Below, in pieces: positions 12,801-24,707 of a stretch of 64,000 nt of DNA. A program made the position numbers and the translations under genes. The DNA lies in assembly GCA_002633005.1 (NCBI GenBank), contig NMRA01000055.1, forward strand, positions 1,003,285 through 1,067,284. The letters are read 5' to 3'. Position 1 is the first letter of the stretch; each line of letters opens with the position of its first letter. The notes beneath the pieces were generated by a model that saw nothing but the letters and a program-made list of their open reading frames with translations, was not told the DNA's origin and did no database searches. This DNA is from Phoronis australis. Lineage: Eukaryota > Animalia > Phoronida.

Positions 12801-15800
12801 TTGTTTACTCCTTGAAATTGTTAATTACAATACGCGCATGTATGTATTAATGTTTATGTACAACTTTCATGTCATTTAAAGCCTGCGGAGTGGTACAAGT
12901 ACCTACAGGACGTATTGTCGGCGGTGACGAGTCCACCGAGCACGCCTGGCCATGGCAGATATCCCTGCAGGCGAAGGGTGGATGGCTTCAGCCTTCCTTC
13001 TCGCATATCTGTGGCGGTACCATCATCGACCGTCAATGGGTGGTGACGGCGGCACACTGCGTTGACGGAAGGTAAGTGGACCAAGACGTGGACAAAAAAA
13101 ATTTAGAGGTCATAAGCTCATTGGTTGTCTATCCAAACTGTTGCTACCGGTCAGCTGTGTGCCAGGCCAATGTTTTTGAAAAATGCTCCTTTGCAAATAC
13201 ACTTATTTCAGCAATTACGCAATTTTGGGACGGCGGAAAATTACCACGATTACTGATTCAGCGTTGATATATGCGTGACCAGACCCACAGATTCCGTGTG
13301 TTTAGCTATCATGATAACAATAATGTCAAAAAAAAACTACACTTGATGCATTGCTGTTCAGTGCTATTTAAGTACTGTACCAATGCTTTATTTTGGGTGG
13401 TGATTTAAAATTTCTGTATTTTTTAGATTTCCATCAAATCTTGATGGACCTTGACAAAAAGCAACGTCTAATATGTCCATAAGCAATTGTTGACAGGACA
13501 TGGCATTGATTTACATGTAGCCGGAATACGATTATTGGATTGTACACACCCTTCCCTCTTTACATCCGCCTTTTGTATGCATTTTAAAGACTCACAGCCT
13601 TCTACAGGCGAATCGGTAGGCGGTTTCATTGAGAAATTATTGTCAACAGTGCTGGTAAGGTGTTAGTCAACCGACCGTTCAACATCATACGTATTAAAAG
13701 CTGCTGGGAATCTGTTTTCCATAAAAAACCATGCACACACAAAAGACGAACTTTCTGTCCCTGGGGTACGGTAAAATTTCACCAAATGATGTAGAACACA
13801 GTATGTTGGAGAATTGAAATTTTATCTCTTTATTTTTTAATAAAAGGCAGCACAACGAAAAACTTCTCTATGTCAAAGCTTTATACCAGATCATATTTTT
13901 TGAAAAATCGAAGATATTCAAAACAAAGTTTGGAGCCCTTGAAAAATTAAAAAAAAATTTGGCAATTATTTTCCGGAAGTTGGTGAGATTTTACCGCCCC
14001 AATTGTTCAGCAACTGACGACTAGAATCACCAAAACAGGGTTGATCATCCCTTTAAATGACTTGTGTTCCAAATACTTCAGCTCCACAAGCAGCCTGCGT
14101 GTCGTCGCCTCCGAACACCATCGTGGCACAACTAGTGGTCGGGAGCAACACATCAACATTGCAAGAATTATCATGGTGAGATTGGCTTAACGTTATACAG
14201 GACCTTATTGGCAAGTTTGTGTTTAGCCAAATATTTATAAAACTAAAGATTTTATTTTAGTAAAAGTATAATTTTTGAAAGCACAGGGCTGAAGAATTTT
14301 GACTGGCATTAGTGAGCGCGTTTTAAAGCTACAAGCAAACCTGCATCTTTTTATTTGAGCCGAGTGGGCCCCACTTGCCATTCACACATATTAGAGGTGA
14401 TTTCTAGAATAAGATAGTTTTTGCTTGAGAGGTTTTATGCTCAGTGCGGACCAACTTAGTCTCACAATCACAAGCCTCTAATTTGAGTAAAAAAAAAACT
14501 GAAACCAATTTTATAACACCACGTTTTTAGTCAAGCTATATTTTTGATTGAAAACATCTTTTTTCCACGGGAAACGCGTTAATAGCCGCTTCAAGGTAAA
14601 ATAAAATACACGTATATGCATACGAAAAAGTTATAGAAGGTTGCGTGCAATGTTTCGGAAGTTTTTACAAAAAGCTACTTGAAAGAAGCCACATCACTAA
14701 TTCAAATCTTCAATTCAGCATAGTGATTACAACGGCAACGCCAATGGTTTTCCCAACGACATCGCTCTACTGCAGCTGAGCTCTGCTATCGAATTTAACG
14801 ATTACACTCAGCCAGCTTGCTTGCCCGATACCGCCAACGATGACTTTGTAGGCGCCGAGTGCTGGATAACTGGATGGGGAAATACTGCAGGTGAGAACAT
14901 AACATTCTGTCTCAGCGCCACCTATATGGAAAAGTGACCCTGTGTATTTATAAAGAAGTAATCCGTGTAGGGGCGTAAGAGAGCGCGTGACGTAGTTAGA
15001 CGTTTATCGTATAAATGTGGCACGGGGAAGAGCCGGAAAGTGAATCGTTTTGTTCTTTTGTTTGACACCTTGTTAGGCGATACATGTATTCAGTCTAAAC
15101 CGGCAACTATGAATTTTTTCACCGGTTAGGAGTACATTAAGCACTTACTGTAGCGCCTGACTTTTATGACAAGCTTCTTTTGTTTGGAGGATTATGCAAA
15201 ACTTGTCGTTGTTGACTATCTTTATTCGATTCCGTTCGTATACTCGGAACAAAGTTCGATACTCAACAGAACATCGGTAAAGCAATGACCAAGATACATG
15301 ATTAAACGACACACGGTATTTCGAAACATGCTTGTTTCATTCTCAACTGCAAATGAAATTACAAAGTTCTACCATCAAACGGCAGGTGTGAAATACTGCA
15401 AAGAATGACAAATGCAGGGGGTAACAGGAAAGTCACGCAAACAAGTGTAGCTACCCTGTTTGCTGCTCACTCCAGCAAAATAGGCTTCTCGAATAAAATC
15501 AAAAGGGACTCCAACACTTTCATCCGCAGCACATCGTGCTTACATTTATGTATCTAATTGACGTATTTTCCACAATTTCTCAACGGGCGATTTTTCGCCT
15601 CGTGACAGTGCAGAAAATGTTGTTAGATGGTGCCATTCTGAAGGTGCATAGATAACAGACGAGAAAGACAGCGACACCGTTTGACCAATGTAATATTGCT
15701 TGACGATTGAACGAACTAAGACATTCGTTCTTAGGGCATACAAACTCATAAGCAACACTTCACACTGGGAAACTAGGCGGACTTTCATTTTTTATGACGA

Positions 15801-18488
15801 TGTTGGAGGACTTCACATTTCGAGCGAGATCCTAGCGTTATTAAATTCTACCCTGGTCGTTCAGGGCCACTTACAGATAAGACTGCAGGTTTCGATCTAC
15901 TGGTATAAACAGCGCTTTAGCATCTTTCTCGGTACCATAATGCCAAAAAAATCCACTGCTGTGCGCTGGGATGTAGTAATGGCTCACGGAAAAAAGGCAA
16001 CCCCCTTTGAAATATTCATGGATCAAAGACATCATCTTGCATATATTACCGACTGCGAAGAAACCGTGACTGCGATATCGGTCGCTGCGATCCCAGCCGA
16101 TGTCAAAAAACTAAATTATTGAGCTCGACCTATCAAACACAGAGAGGTATTGGCAGTGGGATTTATTCCTCTATATTTAATTTAATGAACCACTATGTAG
16201 CCAGGGGCTCATTCTTTCTGCTTCCACTTTTCGTAAATTGTCTCTTAACCGAAATACTTTTGATCGGAGTCGCGAAATGACGTCCATTTCCGCAACATTC
16301 GTTTGATGCTTGGTGAACCGACTCGTTGACAAGACCTTCTCTATAGGTGGAGACAACTGTGGTGTCCTGTGATGATAAGGGGAACAAAGGAACATTCGGA
16401 CACTCTGATTGGTTGGAAGTTGGCGGCCATTTGCTTATGCACCACCAACGACAGTTACACACATAACTTTCATGCGCGCATACAGCCCAAAATATACGGG
16501 GGGGGGGCTCGAATTTTTCGGTATGCTTACCTTTTACGTTCAAAAGTCAACGAGGACGGAAAAAAACGGGCCGCTAGGTTCAAGCCTACGAATTGTGCAT
16601 CCGCGCAGAATTCCTGTGGACTTTGTTGACTTTTGTCTCGNGGGTACGCCCATGAGTTTGTATTTAATGTCCACTCACAATAACAAGGCAATAAGTAGAA
16701 CAGTAGAACGTGATCTATCACGCGTTTCATCCTGTTCATTCCTGGTCAGACCAGCTGTTTAGGACAGACGTCCAAACCGAGGCATTTGTATTGATAGCTC
16801 TTTGCAGATGCACTGTAATACACAATACACAACAATAAATTGGGAACGTACGGATAACACTGAAATTAAAAAACCCTACTTCTTGGCATCTTAGGCCTTA
16901 TTGTTTAAAATTGTTAGTAACTTCAAGCGAATGCAAGATAGGACACCTTAATGCCGGGAAGGATAACGTTTAGGAATGTTATGCAATCTGTAGACCTTAT
17001 GGTACATGTAAGAAGATTACTGAAATCTATCCCAATTTGAGGGGCCGTGAACACAACACTACAAGGTGTTTTCCAGCCAACTAGTCATACTGCTTTTTGT
17101 TGCAGGAACCGGAAGCAACAGTGTTCTTCGGGAACTCAGAATCGACGTTATCCGCAATACCGACTGTGACAGAGCTTGGGGAAGTGGTTATATCAACGAT
17201 CGCCACATCTGTGTTGGCAACGGTGACAAAGGCGCGTGCAACGTAAGTGGTTAAAGGGAGTTTCCCTTACTTCTACGGTCGCAATCTGATGCATTCGGAA
17301 CACAGCGGTTACTTTCGTAGCTTCAACTTTCCCCTCGAATGTGAACGTTATCTGAGGATGGAATTCCACTTTAACAGTCGCGTGACTTGCCGCCGCGTGA
17401 CTGACTTCCGCTCATGCCTGGATAATAATCAACTTCGTGGGGAATTTGAGGCTACGAAAATACCTGAGGTGTTTCGAATGAATACGATGAGAAAGTCAGT
17501 CGAATTGGTGGAAAAATATGCCCTAGTCAGATAAAGCCGAGACAAAATAGATGATATTCTACAAGCGGGAAAGGGCTAAACGAGCTTCCAACAAAATAGT
17601 GCGGGGGTAATAACAGGGGTAACGTGAGATATTTGCTTCCAGAAATTTTCGCAGATTGGGAACAAAAACATGGAATCCTACTCCTTCAACATTTCAACCT
17701 CATTGAGCAATAGTTTCAGTGGCAGCAGCCATTATACCCTATTGTACCGCCCGGGGTTTCTAGCGAATATACTCACCTTCATTAGCGTGACCAATATTTT
17801 GCGTTGTCTCATGCATACATTTGTATTGGACTAAAAGATTTGATAACATCTGAAATGTAGCCATATACGTATATGTGTATGTATACATACTTCTTTCACT
17901 CATTTATTACCTTGCATTTGAAGCGACGTCATCCGCATCTAAAAGTTCGTTTCTGACCATATATCAATAGAAACTTAGGACAGTACAACAAAAACGCCCT
18001 CCTCAATTGACTCTGTCTTAACGTGCGCGTGTGTGCGTGCGTAGCTGTAAATGTGCGACTGAAGGAGCGTGCGTATTTCTCTGTTTCATTGGTTTCAACG
18101 CCGAAGTTTTGGGTAGAGTTCAGTAACGCTGGGACCTACTGTAAAAAGAAAGATTTCGCGAGATTACTTGAGATGTTGTCGTCTATTTTAAATGAGAACA
18201 CGCGAGTTTGGTTGATTTTTCTAGTGGCGAGACTGCTACTGAACTCTACCCAGAAGTCAGTAGAAAGAAGCAAAGAAACGACCTCAATGTGTAACGAAAT
18301 TTTGATGGTTATTAATTCCATTGCAGGGTGACAGTGGCGGACCATTAGTCTGCAAGAAGAATAACCGATGGGTTGTGGCTGGCGCCACCTCTTGGGGACG
18401 ATCCGGATGCCAGACCGAGGGCTTTCCCAACGTCTACACTCGTATCTCCAAATTCCTTAACTGGATCAATGGACATATGGGCAACTAA
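9855..18488 (+). CDS. Secreted S1A serine protease zymogen, chymotrypsin/elastase-like, 6 exons, 265 aa
   Basis: Exons 9855-9897 (signal peptide [14 protein letters not shown]), 12882-13071 (CG..R/IVGG..WPWQISL..CGG..TAAHC), 14082-14175, 14719-14890 ([20 protein letters not shown]), 17106-17242 (..GDKGACN) and 18327-18488 ([21 protein letters not shown]). All introns are GT-AG with compatible phases (1,2,0,1,0), summing to 798 nt. The His/Asp/Ser triad is intact. AATAAA at 18766-18771. Confidence 0.95.
10070..10898. mobile_element. Penelope-like retroelement insertion with 5' inversion in protease intron 1 (copy A only)
   Basis: Minus strand 10070-10277: RT motif [20 protein letters not shown] plus an N-terminal piece ([14 protein letters not shown]). 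Plus strand ~10277-10884: GIY-YIG endonuclease ([38 protein letters not shown]). Absent from copy B at ~51645. Runs into an N gap. Confidence 0.88.
15130..15800 (-). mobile_element. Decayed Penelope-like element (same family as the intron-1 copy) in protease intron 4
   Basis: The reverse strand gives a frameshifted GIY-YIG (YYIGQTV..), the same 3' end as the intron-1 element (CACTTGTTTGCGTGACTTTCCTGTTAC), then a restart of the ORF N-terminus ([11 protein letters not shown] in copy B). This is the partial-tandem layout typical of PLEs. Also in copy B at ~55790-56480. Confidence 0.8.
15940..16150 (+). pseudogene. THAP zinc-finger fragment (DNA-transposon relic) in intron 4
   Basis: After frameshift correction it reads MPKKI(H/Q)CCAxGCSNGS...[10 protein letters not shown], resembling the THAP MPxxCCAxGCxN...P..W pattern. 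The start is in frame in copy B at ~56632. Confidence 0.5.
17292..17480. mobile_element. Inverted-repeat (MITE-like) element family
   Basis: The arms CATTCGGAACAC..CGTAGCTTCAA and TTGAGGCTACGAAAATACCTGAGGTGTTTCGAATG are imperfect reverse complements. Related copies at 28113-28375 (CARD gene intron 1) and ~58215-58385. Confidence 0.55.
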
Positions 18489-18889
18489 TAGACTACAACG
18501 AATATTTATTTTACTGTTGTCAGAAAACTATGGAAATTAACTGTCAGATAACGAATCCTAACTGAGGAGATATTAAAGTGAGAATTCAAAGCTTTGTAGT
18601 TAATTTCTGTGTAAGTCAACACTCATTAATATTGTAAAGAAACAGAAGACAACATGAACCACATCCTATCTCCGCACCATTCGTTACTCCCTTGTAGGCT
18701 AAATTTTGGCAAAAAATGACGCTGAGAAAAATGAACAATGTCTCTACCACACTGTATTAATTAGCAATAAACTGTCATGTCAAACAGCTAAATCACTAAC
18801 TAAAAAGCACAAAATCTGGTGAGTCAGACGTTTCCTTCCTCTCTAAGGGTCTTGTTTATTGACTGGATTTCCCGCGTCAGGTTGATCTG

Positions 18890-19040
18890 CCTCCCGTTCA
18901 GTAACGCTAGGACCTCGCTAAAAGGCAAGACTTCGCGAGATTACGTGAGATATTGCCGTGCATTGTGAATGAGAACACGTGACTTTGACTAGCTTTTAGC
19001 TAGGTCCTAGCGTAGGTCCTAGCGTCTACTGAACGCACGC
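18890..19040. mobile_element. 151-bp MITE with 3-bp CTG target-site duplication (PIF/Harbinger-like)
   Basis: CTG|CCTCCCGTTCAGTA...TACTGAACGCACGC|CTG. Copy B has the empty site (GATCTGG at ~59677). Near-identical copy at 40017-40167, internally deleted copy at 36793-36890, diverged relative at ~18113-18252 and ~59016-59152. Confidence 0.85.
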
Positions 19041-19659
19041 CTGGTCTTATAATGAATTATAATGTCTTACGCTAGGGCTGTAACCCTTAACCTCTATTCA
19101 AATTGGGTCATCTGGTTCTAATGTAGAACACCTCCTTGCCCTTTCTTGAGTACCAGTGTTCTCCTCTGGCAATGATTATGGCATTGCCAGAGGAAAACAC
19201 TGGTACTCAAGAAAGGGCAAGGAGGCTGTCTACATTAGATTCAGATGCCCCATGATTGTGATGGGAGCATTTATTATCCAAATTTTCGTTTTGCCATGCG
19301 TACAGCGCAATTTAACAATCATTACAACTTCAATTTCAAAGTGCCAATTCATCACCCCGAGGTTGTACTTCAACAAAAACAAGTGTTTTTAAGCCACAAC
19401 TAAAGTCAAATAGGTGTCAGTTGTTATACCCATGAAGACTCTAGCTGCCCTAACTTCAAAACTGTATTACACATATTAAATTTATGTTAGTAATTTATTT
19501 GAATGAAGTAATATCAAAGCATCACCTTTTTGAGAAGAAGAGGGAGTGAATGCTCTTACCATCGAAGTACACAAAAAATTAAATCCCACATTTAAAAACA
19601 ACCTGCGCAAAGATAAGACACCTTTCTAATAACCAACAATAATGAATGAAATGACCTTA

Positions 19660-21313
19660 ATCATTTGAAACCGGTGTAAAATGTATTATTTCAATTTTGT
19701 TTTTTATTTCGTCTAACCCAATTGTAGCTTATTTTTGTTACATTTTAACTCCACCTTAAACATATGATATTTTCTTTGCCACTTCTTCATTTCTTGTCCA
19801 AATATTTTGATTGTATCATAGAGCTCTTGTTTACATGTAAAAAGCTCATGCTTCAACTTTGAGAACTGCTCTTCTAGTTCACTTACAATGTATACTTGAC
19901 ATTATAATGTGAATAATTTCGTTACTTTACATAACAATATTCTACAGGCAGCTATCATTGCCATTTAGTAAACAGTAGCTGTGCTCGTAAGTCAGAACTG
20001 CAGCTACTCTGCTCTCCAATTTCACTTTCCTCGTCCCAGACGCAACGTGGAAACTTCTCAGGTCTGCTGAGCTTTGGTCAAACAAAAACACATTTTTCAC
20101 AACCCTCAACCGTGGAGTGTTTTTCATTATTTCTTTCAGGAGAAGTATTGTAAGTCTCCAAAATAAGTTCTTTATCTTCCAAAATCTATTGCTTTGACAT
20201 GCGTGCGAAGGTGTGTTACTTTAACAAAAAAACCTTGTGACATGATTAACGTATTTACCTATGACCCCAGTAAAATATAAATAGAAGTTATTGTCATTCA
20301 TGATTTCCATGAACACAAATAGAAACTTGTGCTTTACCGAGATGACAAAAACAAGCTGTCGACAAGTCATTTGTGTCATTCCAAATACAGCAAGGACAGA
20401 AGGCGACTCGTCCGATCTTGTGAAGTCTACTCTTCTCTAGTTGTGTCATTCTGATTGTAGTCTATCGCATAGTGAGAGCGACACTCCGTCAGAGCAACAG
20501 GTACTTTGTGTGTCTTGAAGTTGTGCTAAAAAATTGTACGTACTTACTCAATTATCTGATCGTTTTCTGTTTCACGTATTTCATTACTTGCTTTCCAGCT
20601 TAAATGTTCAGATGCTAAGTTAGAAATACACGATGAGCAGGTATTTTGGTTGTTAATTTCTCTTGTAATTGAAAAATATTTGCGACGATGTCTCGGTGTA
20701 GCTCTTGGACGTTGTGTAGGCGATGCATCGTCTATGGATGCCGCAAGCACACAGGCTATGGTCCTGCTAAACCAACTTACTATTTGATTGATAAAATGAA
20801 ATAAAGTAAACAAGATGTATGGAAACAGTTACCGGTGAAAAACAGATTGGACATAAATACAATGTCAAAACTGCAATTATATCAGTTTCAATTTTTTCGG
20901 CTCTATGTCATTTTTATTTTATATCCACTCCTTTAGGGTTTATTTTTCATTACTCATTTATATTTTACTCTGCAACATATCTCGTCGCATAACCCATGCA
21001 GAATAGGTTCCTTTAAATCAAATTTAACCCGATACGTTTATTGACGTGATGTTGATCCATGTAATTTCTACTTTTATATCAACCCATTAGTTTATTTTAC
21101 ATTACTCATGCCTGTTTTTATCAACCATGCGCTACTTACGCACACATATAAATATGCACATGCCAATACATATGTATATGCATATGCATGTATATATATA
21201 TTCAGTTTAAGTCTGCTTTCGAACATCATTTATTTGAAAAAAGCTCATTTCAAATGAGAAGGTGTTCTTTATTGTTGTTCTGTTTACTCTGGGTATGTAC
21301 ACACATTAGGCAT
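19660..21313 (-). pseudogene. Decayed THAP-domain transposase-like gene (ISL2EU/Harbinger-like, tentative)
   Basis: Minus strand: ATG at 21313 reads MPNVCTYPE (THAP-type start), EHSYC (HCF-binding E/DHxY motif) at ~19970, coiled-coil ELEEQFSKLKHELF at ~19860 and a frameshifted IHFYTGF at ~19675. Many stops. Duplicated in copy B (~60275-62568). Confidence 0.5.
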
Positions 21314-23465
21314 TTTTCCCACGCGCGTTTGTCGACTCTTGTATTGTTACAGTAAAAACTACTTGTAACTCTCTCCATAAAAAGTACAGTCTGCTTGGTA
21401 GATTGTAATCAGCTGATCATATCCGCATGAACGAAGCCAATTATCCTCGCTCGTGACTCGATGAATAGAGCAGCTTGGCGGCATCCCTTTGATAGTGAGC
21501 CGAGCGCGACTCAGCCAAGGTGTGTAAATACGGTCTAGTTCAATTTTCCATACCCCACAGTTTACCTTGACGACCGGGGTTAGGACCAATCTTATTTAGT
21601 GGGACTGTTCATAGCATCCCACGCGCGTTTGCCGACTCTTGTATTGTTACCATTTGTACCTTTCATTATTCGTGTAACGGGGCTCGATATAAACCAAACT
21701 GCCAATAGCCTTATCAAACTATTTATTTCACAGATTTCAATCCTGTAACAAATAAAACAATATTTACAATGGGCTTGAACCAGATACAATTCAAGGTATA
21801 AGATTTACATAGATCTGCCACATTATTTGTTAAGAGAAACACATAGTTAGCAATTCATCTATTTCACTAAACAGTTTACACATACTAGAATAAACAAAAA
21901 ATAAGGAAACACCTACTAAGTCAATATGAGTTAGATGATCCTCGGCTGTCTTTTTGATTAATGATTCGTAACTGAAATACAAAATTATTCCATATTATAG
22001 TAAAGTGTCAACAAAATAGAGCCACACCACAAACGGAACAACATGGCCGCATTACATCGCCCTTACAATCTAAATCATCAAAACCTGACTGCATGTCATG
22101 ATAAAATATAAAACAAAACACAACAGTCTGGAACTACATTTATACACCCTAATGACAAGTTTCTGATATAAATACTAACAATCTCAAAAGTATCAAAATT
22201 ACAGCTCTTACCTATCATGGCAAAGGGCACCTCCAATACAAAACCTTTCCCATACACTGCAGAAACAATAATGCCGCCAAAATCACTGAGGTCAGGCTAA
22301 ATACCTCTCTTGGAGTGAATACAGAACCGGTTTGAACTGGTTACCTTACACATCTACTATTTGAAATTGCCACCAGAAACAATGCCCTAACAGATCAGCA
22401 GTTACCAATGGTCTGTCGGTGACAATTCCAGACAACCAAGCCAGACCACCATGGTTCAAATCCTAATACCATTAACGTTTTTTTAAAACATTAAAAATTT
22501 CTAAAATATATAAAATACACCACTATCACATTCGACAATTCATATCTTGTTTTGCTGTGCAGTTCAGCTCGTCGCATACTCCAGGTTAAATAGTTCCGAT
22601 TTAGTATCGTTTTGACCTTGACTGCAAGATTGGTCGATTTTCAACATGTGGCCAAGTAAATTACACTGGTGATGGGGTTAAATTTTACTTAATTGCAACA
22701 GTAAATAATCAAAGGAAATCAAAAAAGGACAGAATTCTTTGACAAGCAAGACTGGCTGAACTTTTTGGGCTTTCTGGTTTTCAATATATTTTCACTTACT
22801 TTAAAAGTTATCGCTAGCTCCAGGCGATAACTATCGGTTGACAACTAGAACAAGAACGGGAGAGTGATCGAATGCATCTTGACATATGTGTTATAACACA
22901 CACCTTCCAACAAAATTTCAGAAGCTATTTACAGTGTTATCACACGAATTTTACTTAAGTGCTTGCTTAGTATGACGTCATTTTACGTTTTAGACCCTGT
23001 CAATTTAATAGCATTTCTTGTGTGACTCATTTTGAGAACACTGAATAAGTTCAGTTGTCAGAGTGTCCATATGTTTTTTCGAAAAAAGTGAACGAGCAAG
23101 TCATCGTGATTCGGATAGATTTATTTTAATTTTTAAGTTGGGACAGGGCGAGGCAGTCTCAAGTGCACTATTTCACTTGCTTTATGCTAGCCATCACCAG
23201 TCAAATTAAGAAAATCAAGCGCATGTGTGCGCAAGAAAACGACATAGACTGCTGTAGCAATGTAATGCCCATAAAAGTTCCGTTTTTACTATTTTAGCTC
23301 AATCTATTTCAAATAGCAAAAGAAAGTTGGCTTCATGGATAACTTGAAACACATATACATCTATACGGGATCTATACCTTCTTACAGATGTGGTAAACGT
23401 GCACCCATAGACATATCTATAATCAGTTTCGCACTAGCCATCCAATAGAAAAATGGTAATTACCT

Positions 23466-24250
23466 CTAGCAATATTCGATGGCTGTTGACTAGCTACCAT
23501 CATCCTCAGTAACGATCACCACCAGGCGGAGCTCTTGAAAATAGTACGTAGTGAATAGGGGTTAGGCATAGGGAGCTCTCATCACTGTTAATACACCTTG
23601 GCGCCTGTTTGATATAAATAAGCGTTTGTAGTCGTTAGCCTATTGGCATATTAGGCTAGTGTTTTCCCAAACTATCAAATGGTTTTCTGTTTTCTTTCAC
23701 CGAGTGATCAGTTTGAGCAGAATCATATGACTGGTTCATTGAAACCTTCCTCTAAGCCCTGGTGACAACTTTTTTCGCACGGATGGCATCTACATCTTTT
23801 TTGCTCCTTAAGGCGATAATCAAAATTTCAAGACGTTTCACCTATGCACACACTATCACATGAAGCAGAGGGATGTTACATATCACTCCCCATCGCTTCA
23901 CTGACTTCTTCCATTTCCCTTTTGTCCTTGGGGTGCACCAACAGTTTTTTGTTAAAGGTGAGTGGTTTCATAGCGAAATCAAACTTTGCTTAATTGAAGC
24001 ACCTGGTGAAGGCTACTTACAAGCCTGTGACTTGTGGTATAGTGACCAAACCCATGGACTTATCTGTATTCGACACGTTATTCACTTCACATTTATTGAG
24101 GGCCCACTTGGAGGTACCCACACTTGGTGAAAGATTCGTCAATATGAACTTCCTCTTTAACCCTGTCCTGTTGCTCTGACACTATAATCTCGTTCCAACT
24201 TGTGGTAATCAGTACCAAGGGGTAATGATGGCAGCCAGTCACTAAGCATC
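23466..24250 (-). mobile_element. Second, older Penelope (Poseidon-like) fragment: RT-EN linker, GIY-YIG and 3' hammerhead-like motif
   Basis: Reverse strand with frameshifts and stops: EEVHIDESFTKCGYP-KWALNK..LVTIPQVTGL..KP..LLVHPKDK..GVICNIP..SCDSVCIGET..RLKE..SAQTDH. This follows the Penelope consensus GYPxW..IPYVxGL..LVHPKDK..GVVYxIPC..YIGET..RLKEH. Confidence 0.78.
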
Positions 24251-24707
24251 GAAAATTTCTGAAGATAATTCTTATTTTCTATTGTATGGTTAATAAGAAG
24301 CTGACTAAAATATGTACATAACATCCCGATGGGTAGTAAGAAACTTTATCCATACACGTGAAAATACGGATGTAGTATACGTCACGTTATCAACTGTGAA
24401 ATACGAGAAAGTAGAGTCAATCCGTATACCACGATAGAGGAAGCATTCAACGGCAGAAGCCGTATTTCACGGTTGGTGAGCAGTCTCCGTGTCGAGTAAA
24501 TTCACGTGTGCAACGCCAAATTTGATTGAGCTCGTTCATTTGGCTTAGCCAAATCATCAATCCAAGGCGTCGTTCCTAAAAAATTCCGCTCAAAATTCTG
24601 AGGCATGGTGATCAGGCGGCTATTTTTGGGCCTCGCTGAAGTCTCAGTTTGGGTCATCATAAACAGATCAAGCTAAGTCAGCCAAAAATCTAACTCAAAT
24701 TTCTTGG

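Larger units (their letters stand above)
8524..21319 (+). repeat. Segmental duplication copy A (~12.8 kb, contains the intact protease gene)
   Basis: Colinear, high-identity match to 50092-62574 by eye, from TAACTTTTG(C/T)TTAAGCAAAA to ACACATTAGGCATTTTTCC. The copies differ by SNPs, small indels and copy-specific TE insertions. Confidence 0.92.
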
